DNA of 14,487 nucleotides from a virus (Duplodnaviria > Heunggongvirae > Uroviricota > Caudoviricetes): the IMG/VR virus record IMGVR_UViG_2700989272_000004, positions 1 to 14,487 of that record. The stretch is one strand, 5' to 3'. A program made the position numbers and the translations under genes. Below, piece after piece: positions 10,201 through 14,487 of the stretch. The notes under the pieces were generated by a model. That model was not told the origin of the DNA, did no database searches, and saw nothing but the letters and a program-made list of their open reading frames with translations. Position 1 is the first letter of the stretch; each line of letters opens with the position of its first letter.

Positions 10201-10504
10201 AATGGAGGCGATACCAGAAGCTGTGGGATCGTTTACTCATTACGGTGAAGAGTTGCAGGGACCAACGGTTGACGGCAATGAATTACGTGAAGAAACACGT
10301 TATCTGAATGTTGACTACGCCGCCGTGACGGGGTTACTTGTTCAGGTCGCCCGTGAAACAGATGATCGCGTTACCGCGCTGGAAGAGGAAAACACAACGC
10401 TACGTCAAAATCTGGCAACAGCAGGCACCCGGATCAGCATTCTGGAAAATCAGGTAAGCGAACTGGTTGCACTTGTCCGGCAGTTAACAGGAAGCGAACA
10501 TTGA
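7232..10504 (+). CDS. stf: Side tail fibre protein, mosaic: lambda Stf-like N-terminus with Ser/Ala-rich repeats, novel C-terminal module ending in a peptidase-S74-like intramolecular chaperone domain
   Basis: ATG at 7232 with GGGGTG upstream (the ORF track starts at an in-frame GTG at 7226). N-terminal ~280 aa (MAVKISGVLKDGAGKPVQNCTIQLKAKRNSTTVVV...) match lambda Stf from memory. The C-terminal ~145 aa (SDRDLKDDILVISDATKAIRKMNGYTYT...LEEENTTLRQNLA...) resemble the self-cleaving chaperone domain of K1F endosialidase / T5 pb1-type fibres. DNA after about nt 8280 is visibly AT-richer. Confidence 0.88.
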   Translation: MAVKISGVLKDGAGKPVQNCTIQLKAKRNSTTVVVNTVASENPDEAGRYSMDVEYGQYSVILLVEGFPPSHAGTITVYEDSQPGTLNDFLGAMTEDDARPEALRRFELMVEEVAHNASAVAQNTAAAKKSASDAGTSAREAATHATDAAGSARAASTSAGQAASSAQSASSSAGTASTKATEALKSAAAAESSKSAAATSAGAAKTSETNAAASQLSAATSASTATTKASEAATSARDAAASKEAAKSSETNASSSASSAASSATAAGNSAKAAKTSETNADNSAQAAADSQTASANSATAAKKSETNAKNSEAAAKSSETNAKASETNAKSSETNAAKSAADALNYRNQAQVIVGGNIGLGSAPRDCPDISGNPSGYIGFMRIREAATGFPSIASGESYLTGFISGCDGSPTYAGIFQGWNSRSLYTYRWSSATGPQWTRHARKDEVDRLDQWNSETWLYNHDKSMRLGLTASSWGCYSDTQKKWIPLDVSHGGTGAATIDGARTNLGLGRDNSPQLNSLFLDRYSDSTGAYTTGGMLHTRLLANDNTVRLAADMYVQTFPNEQGRLTIRFTYGGSTGATKCLDLNSEGNLIVDSAILKSTVEKPLQINSANPAIRFNETDRPANTPTYTLIANAGDWFIQKRDYDDAGSVSNAISYNFANDRIDVQNLKASGLITANSGIATLTGHDWNAQHTDNVDKFRPIAGSTNGPAGSMVLGGIHVQFSKNYAVQFGGRNSGFWGRTIENGTTQEWKKLLTVDDLNSSTDLAVRSLTTSNPVKSGGGRIDVLGSTSDYSKMDCFVRGFDSTGNSLAWALGSSVGVSKMLSLKNFFSGAEILLNGNDGAVQLKTGAVNGAKAQTLTINKDEVNSTVDLTLTKQTGTGNSFVLQNLGNTELSFAAKVWGSSDRQNVFEVGTSAAYLFYAQKTSAGQLFDVNGAINCTTLNQSSDRDLKDDILVISDATKAIRKMNGYTYTLRENGMPYAGVIAQEVMEAIPEAVGSFTHYGEELQGPTVDGNELREETRYLNVDYAAVTGLLVQVARETDDRVTALEEENTTLRQNLATAGTRISILENQVSELVALVRQLTGSEH
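8180..8242 (+). repeat. Three tandem in-frame 21-bp repeats encoding K(S/A)SETNA heptads, inside a wider Ser/Ala-rich low-complexity tract (about 7590-8260) of stf
   Basis: Codons read KSSETNA-KASETNA-KSSETNA at 8180-8242. Further dispersed (K/A)(T/S)SETNA copies near 7847, 7970, 8055 and 8140. Confidence 0.8.
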
Positions 10505-10552
10505 TATCCTTCAAGCCCTGAAGGAGGCTGTTCCTGGTACGTTCAGACTGTT

Positions 10553-10675
10553 GTTGAGCTGGAGATCGCAACGGAGGAAGAAATCTCGTTGCTGGAAGCA
10601 TGGAAAACATATCGGGTATTGCTGAACCGTGTTGATACAGTAAACCCCGTCTGGCCTCCACCTTCGAAGCGATAG
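10553..10675 (+). pseudogene. 3'-terminal remnant of a tail fibre assembly gene (tfa), about 40 codons, no start codon
   Basis: Translation [40 protein letters not shown] matches the conserved Tfa C-terminus (lambda Tfa ends ...[36 protein letters not shown]... as I recall). It is in frame with, and 3' of, the stf TGA stop at 10502-10504. Confidence 0.65.
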
Positions 10676-10979
10676 CCCAGCAACTCCTAAATAGCTGCGC
10701 ATAATACCGCTACACCAGCCGTTTTACTGACATTTGGAATATTGCGTGAGGGCAACATATCGAGGGGCAGATACAGCTCGGTCAAATAGAAAAACAGCCC
10801 CACTATTTACCATGCAATAGCTGGTCAAAAGGAGAGCACTATTCCGCTCCGCGTAGTATTTTGTGTTTATAGTGATAACTTAGGTAATGCTTAGTCACTA
10901 AGATACTTTGCTATTGGAGAGCGATTTATAATGTGGGCGCAACAGATTTTTACTATTGCGCCACTTGCTCTTGTGAGTA

Positions 10980-12068
10980 CTATTCGCTATAAGTTAATGT
11001 TGGTTTTGAAAGTCTTTTGGATATTGTTTTTCCGATATTAATGAATGGAGTTTCAATATATTTATAAATAAAGAATGATAAGAACAAGCTAAGAGCAATA
11101 ATGAATGAAAACTTAGAAAACCCAGGTTTTTCATAAAGCGGAATGAAATCCTTAAAATTAATTAAAAATAGCATTACTATCGCATGGGATAAATACAGAG
11201 AGTAAGAGATATCACCTAGCTTACTGAGTATTTTATTTTCCCTTAATCCGAAGTTAACTTCATAAAGTAAAACTCCCGTAATTATGGAGGCTGCCCACAA
11301 TCCGAAGTTTAAAGGGCCATGACCAAATCTGAATTGATAAAAATATGAGCAAACACCAAATGAAACCAAAAGGAATGATATCGCCTTTGCGTTTTTTATA
11401 TGTTTAAATTTTCTGTGTATTATATACAGAAACATCCCATAAACGAATTCTAACAGCATGGGTGATGACATTAAGTTTAGAAAGCCAATATGCCAATGAC
11501 CTGTATCACCAATCGTAAACTTACTTGATAGAGAAAGGCTGTTGGAAAATTTCAACTGTATGAGAAGTAGCGGGACTATCAATGCAATAACTGATATTAA
11601 TAATCTGTTTTTATGACTCAGCGATATTGCAAGCATAAAAATGAAATAAAAATAGACTTCAAAGGTTAATGTCCATGCTGGATAAAGCACGTTGTATCCG
11701 AAGAATGGCGCTTCTGAATAATAGTCCAGGTGAAGCAGAAACAATGAACGCAATAATTCACTTTCGGTGAAGACCGGGTTCAATAAAAAGAATAAGATTG
11801 TGCAAATGAAAAATACAGGGTAAATCCTGAAAAAACGCCTGGTCATAAAGTTAATAGGGGAATTTGTTTCTTTTTTTTGACTCGATAGCATTATTATAAA
11901 TCCACTTATAATAAAAAACAGATCAACCCCAAAACCACCACTAATAAACAATAAATCACCTAGATCTTTTTGTGCGTAAACTTCATTTAGGTATTGTTTA
12001 TTGTGATATGCAACAACGAGTAATGCTGCTACACCTCGCAAATAGTGAATTGATTTTACCTTCTTCAT
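10980..12068 (-). CDS. Acyltransferase family 3 integral membrane protein (OafA/Oac-like; putative O-antigen/LPS O-acetyltransferase), 362 aa
   Basis: Signature motifs of the acyltransferase-3 family: YLRGVAALLVVAYH (R-x10-H), GVDLFFIISGF, FMTRRFFRIYP, GDISYSLYLSHA, YIETP. Highly hydrophobic throughout. DNA is strikingly AT-rich compared with the flanking phage genes. No obvious Shine-Dalgarno sequence. Confidence 0.88.
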   Translation of the reverse strand: MKKVKSIHYLRGVAALLVVAYHNKQYLNEVYAQKDLGDLLFISGGFGVDLFFIISGFIIMLSSQKKETNSPINFMTRRFFRIYPVFFICTILFFLLNPVFTESELLRSLFLLHLDYYSEAPFFGYNVLYPAWTLTFEVYFYFIFMLAISLSHKNRLLISVIALIVPLLLIQLKFSNSLSLSSKFTIGDTGHWHIGFLNLMSSPMLLEFVYGMFLYIIHRKFKHIKNAKAISFLLVSFGVCSYFYQFRFGHGPLNFGLWAASIITGVLLYEVNFGLRENKILSKLGDISYSLYLSHAIVMLFLINFKDFIPLYEKPGFSKFSFIIALSLFLSFFIYKYIETPFINIGKTISKRLSKPTLTYSE

Positions 12069-12282
12069 TTTTATATAATCACTGTTCCAATTTTTTTTAT
12101 TTTACAAACAATTCTATCTAGCTCATTAGTACTCAAAGTCAGATTGGTAGCAATAAAAAAACAAGATATGTGATGACATGGCGCGGGGCTCAGAACCACT
12201 CGTGTATTTTCGCCACTGGCTATGACTGGCTGCACCTGCAAGATCTGCCATTTGTGTGCCAGTATACCCAAGCTCTGACTTT

Positions 12283-12784
12283 ATGTTTACCAGATCCTCT
12301 GGAGTGCCGGGGAGTATAATCGTTGATTAATCGAATCTGCAACTATTTCAGAACGACCTAGGTTAAAGTGCGCTCTGCAGTCTCTTATATAAGGTGATAC
12401 TTTAATTGTCTGGAAACTGGACAGGTTAGGAAGGAGCAGGAAACATCTTATTATACTTACCGAGTAGCTGCGGGTAAGGGGGGGGGATTTCCGTAGCCTG
12501 ACAGGTAACATTGACACGTCAACACCGATGGTTTTTTTATTTTTCCATGTGATGGGGCCCTGGTTGAAATGAAGCGTGAACTGATTGATGACTGAACAAA
12601 AGTTGGACTGGAAGATGCTCGCGCACAGGGAGGAATTGGTGGACGTCGTCCTAAACTTACATCAGAACAATGGGCGCAGGCCGGGCGATTAATTGCATCA
12701 GGAGTTCCTCGCCAGAAGGTGGCGATCATCTATGATATTGGCATATCGACTTTGTATAAGAAGTTTCCGGTCGGAGATAAATGA
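12283..12784 (+). pseudogene. Decayed serine DNA invertase gene (Pin/Hin/Gin/Cin family) with frameshifts and in-frame stops
   Basis: Recognisable invertase segments lie in three different frames: ERPRLKCALQSLI*GDTLIVWKLDRLGRSRKHLIILTE (frame of 12393), DFRSLTGNIDTSTPM and FFHVMGALVEMKRELIDD* around 12487-12595, and an intact C-terminal helix-turn-helix GGIGGRRPKLTSEQWAQAGRLIASGVPRQKVAIIYDIGISTLYKKFPVGDK* (12629-12784). In-frame stops at 12390 and 12593. Confidence 0.75.
12478..12486 (+). repeat. G9 homopolymer tract inside the invertase pseudogene
   Basis: Nine consecutive G at 12478-12486. The invertase reading frame changes in this neighbourhood. Confidence 0.9.
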
Positions 12785-12887
12785 AACCGTAGCACGTCGT
12801 ATGCAAGAACGTGCCACGGCTGGCTGGCGAACTTTCGATAGTGCGAGTATTGAATGATTTCCAGCCGTTACCGATTTTACGTGTTAA

Positions 12888-13136
12888 TTAGTGAACAAAC
12901 CACTCGTCAGCAGATTCCCAGGTGTCTTTCAGAGTCTCCTGAACAAAAGTTTTTGCAGAATCCTTATCTGCGGTGCGTGTAACAGAAAGACCATCGTTGC
13001 TGGTGGCTTTTACGATCACCTCTACATCGTCATAACGTTTACTGATGCGTCGGGTTAATTCTTCCTTTAACGCATCCACAGCACCGGTTGGCATTTTAGT
13101 CATTTTTTCTTTGGCTATGCAGATTTCAATACGCAT
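12888..13136 (-). CDS. DinI-family protein (DNA-damage-inducible protein I-like), 82 aa
   Basis: [11 protein letters not shown]...[16 protein letters not shown] resembles E. coli DinI (MRIEVTIAK...ETWESADDWFV) as I recall it. GAGGGA Shine-Dalgarno 6 nt upstream of the ATG. Two LexA boxes in its promoter. Confidence 0.85.
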   Translation of the reverse strand: MRIEICIAKEKMTKMPTGAVDALKEELTRRISKRYDDVEVIVKATSNDGLSVTRTADKDSAKTFVQETLKDTWESADEWFVH

Positions 13137-13149
13137 AAAAGTCCCTCTA

Positions 13150-13169
13150 TACTGTGTTTGTATACAGTA
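13150..13169 (-). promoter_or_regulatory. LexA (SOS) box 1, promoter-proximal, upstream of the dinI-like gene
   Basis: TACTGTGTTTGTATACAGTA: a perfect TACTG-N10-CAGTA palindrome, 14-33 nt upstream of the dinI-like start codon. Confidence 0.75.
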
Positions 13170-13171
13170 TT

Positions 13172-13201
13172 ATTTTTAACTGTATGGATAAACAGTGTCA
13201 A
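13172..13201 (-). promoter_or_regulatory. Putative sigma70 promoter of the dinI-like gene (-35 TTGACA, 17-nt spacer, -10 TAAAAAT)
   Basis: On the - strand: TTGACA (complement of 13196-13201), 17-nt spacer, TAAAAA(T) (complement of 13172-13178). The -35 overlaps the integrase stop codon at 13198-13200. Confidence 0.5.
13178..13197 (-). promoter_or_regulatory. LexA (SOS) box 2, lying in the spacer of the putative dinI-like promoter
   Basis: AACTGTATGGATAAACAGTG (CTGT-N8-ACAG core), centred about 28 bp from box 1. Confidence 0.65.
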
Positions 13202-14295
13202 GGGGTCTTATTTCTGCTCCTTTGGAGCTCTTCAAAACGATTATGTAAAGATTTCGGATACAGTTCGGTATATACCTGCCATAGCACGTTTAATGAACGA
13301 TGCCCTGTAACCTGGGCTACTTCCTCAATACTAAAACCAGCCTCAAATAAGCGACTTGCCCCTTCTCTACGCAAATCATGGTATCGCAGATCCTTAATAC
13401 CTAATTTGCTTCTTACCCTCTGAAATCCCGCAGTAACAGAAGTGCTGTTATATGGAAAAATGAATTCCGATTTTTTGGGCTGTCGTTGGACGATATCCCA
13501 GGCTTCCCCAAGCAAGGCTACTTTCATGTGGTTGCCTTCCTTTTTGCGTGGATCTTTCCTGTCTCTTACGAGTATAGATTTTTGTTCCTGGTCGAGATCT
13601 TCCCATCGTAACCGGCATACTTCTCCGATTCGCATACAGGACCACACAGAAAATTTGAGGATATCAACGAACGGAATTTTTGAGCATTTATGAGTAGATC
13701 GTTGTTGAAGGCCTTCAATGAGCATGTCCAGTTCATCAGATGCTGGTCTACGATTACGACGGTTTGATTTACCAATCAAACCAAGTTTAAGTAGATATGG
13801 ACGAGCACTTTTCGCCGGGTTTGATGTGTAATTAATTCCGTATACAGGTTTGGCCGCATCCAGAACACTGCCAAGATAACTAACATCGTGGCTGACTGTT
13901 GCTGGACCTGCGCCAGCGTTGTTTCTTAGCCTGCAATGTTCAATTACGTCATTTTCTGTCAGTTCAGATAGTTTGATCGCGGAGATGTCACTATCCATAA
14001 GCAGTTCCAGCACATATCTTTTAGTACGGCCTGCTTTACCTCCGGCATTTGGGTCATTTAAATATTTGTGTAGTAAGTCACGGACTGTAAGTCCGTCAAC
14101 TGCATTTGATGATGGAATGCCATATAGATCTAATTCCATCACTTTCTGTGTGCCCCATGTTTTGGCATGAGCATGTTTAGGGAATGTTTTGCTTTCCCTG
14201 TAAGTGATAACACCTTTTTCTTTGATAATCACATTACAGCGATAGCGTGGTGTGCCATCGGATTTTAGTCGTTTCTCTATGTTATAGTACGCCAT
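13198..14295 (-). CDS. int: Tyrosine recombinase / phage integrase, 365 aa
   Basis: 365-aa ORF with GAGG Shine-Dalgarno 8 nt upstream. C-terminal catalytic-domain motifs typical of tyrosine integrases: LRYHDLRREGASRL (H-x-x-R) and VTGHRSLNVLWQVYTELY (His plus nucleophilic Tyr). Confidence 0.92.
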   Translation of the reverse strand: MAYYNIEKRLKSDGTPRYRCNVIIKEKGVITYRESKTFPKHAHAKTWGTQKVMELDLYGIPSSNAVDGLTVRDLLHKYLNDPNAGGKAGRTKRYVLELLMDSDISAIKLSELTENDVIEHCRLRNNAGAGPATVSHDVSYLGSVLDAAKPVYGINYTSNPAKSARPYLLKLGLIGKSNRRNRRPASDELDMLIEGLQQRSTHKCSKIPFVDILKFSVWSCMRIGEVCRLRWEDLDQEQKSILVRDRKDPRKKEGNHMKVALLGEAWDIVQRQPKKSEFIFPYNSTSVTAGFQRVRSKLGIKDLRYHDLRREGASRLFEAGFSIEEVAQVTGHRSLNVLWQVYTELYPKSLHNRFEELQRSRNKTP

Positions 14296-14314
14296 TACAC
14301 GACCTCGTTATTTC

Positions 14315-14350
14315 GGGTTCCCATAAAACGTGGGAACCTGTGCGGGAACC
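14315..14350. other. Inverted/direct GGGAACC repeat cluster upstream of int (possible protein-binding sites or 5'-UTR hairpin)
   Basis: GGGTTCCCA (14315-14323) and TGGGAACC (14331-14338) form an 8-bp-stem hairpin with a 7-nt loop. A third GGGAACC copy at 14344-14350. Confidence 0.3.
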
Positions 14351-14487
14351 TAACGCGAGAAAAATAGCCTGAAATGTTCAAAAATGCACGATAATCATGA
14401 AACACAAAAAATTAATCAAACCAGCGTGATGCCTGAAAAAACTGGTGTTTACTGGAATTCTCGGTTTAGCATTGCTCCTATGCTCGA

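Noticed and set aside
10505-10552. Searched the stretch after the stf stop for a transcription terminator
   Set aside because: No GC-rich hairpin followed by a T-run is present. The late transcript probably reads into the tfa relic.
10936-10962. Inverted repeat GGCGCAA-N13-TTGCGCC just downstream of the acyltransferase stop, considered as a terminator
   Set aside because: The loop is long (13 nt) and no convincing U-tract follows on either strand. A small overlapping + strand ORF (10941..11051, MWAQQIFTIAPLALV...) is antisense to the acyltransferase 3' end and unsupported.
12071-12271. 66-aa - strand ORF ending 2 nt before the acyltransferase start
   Set aside because: Begins at a non-ATG (TTG) codon with no Shine-Dalgarno sequence and has no recognisable similarity. 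It spans the boundary between GC-normal relic DNA and AT-rich DNA, so is more likely non-coding promoter or leader of the acyltransferase.
12285-12293. Possible gix/hix-like recombination half-site (GTTTACCAG) at the 5' end of the invertase relic
   Set aside because: Only a partial match to the crossover-site consensus as I remember it (…AAACC-NN-GGTTT…), and no inverted partner site found by eye. Kept as a hypothesis inside the invertase finding.
14397-14487. 10-codon mini-ORF (MKHKKLIKPA) overlapping via TGATG the start of an ORF running off the window end (MPEKTGVYWNSRFSIAPML...)
   Set aside because: Too short and truncated to call, with no clear Shine-Dalgarno sequence. Mentioned in the integrase-junction finding, but not annotated as a gene.

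Overview
This window is the late (tail) arm of a lambda-like siphovirus genome or prophage, followed by accessory cargo and an integrase. On the + strand it carries the 3' end of tape-measure gene H, then M, L, K, I, J, lom and a side-tail-fibre gene (stf), all recognised from memory of phage lambda protein sequences. The stf gene is mosaic: a lambda-like N-terminus with Ser/Ala-rich heptad repeats, then a visibly AT-richer C-terminal module ending in a peptidase-S74-type intramolecular chaperone domain. A 3' relic of the tail-fibre assembly gene tfa lies just downstream. The cargo region holds a strongly AT-rich acyltransferase-3 gene (putative O-acetyltransferase moron) on the - strand, a decayed Pin/Hin/Gin-type invertase pseudogene, and a DinI-like gene whose promoter carries two LexA boxes. 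A tyrosine integrase on the - strand closes the window. I found no CRISPR array, tRNA or rRNA, and nothing I can defend as a new defence system. The most interesting features are the remodelled tail fibre with its tfa and invertase relics, the acyltransferase moron, and the SOS-wired dinI-like gene abutting the integrase. All homology statements are from memory and motif reading, not from searches; GC statements are visual impressions, not computed values.
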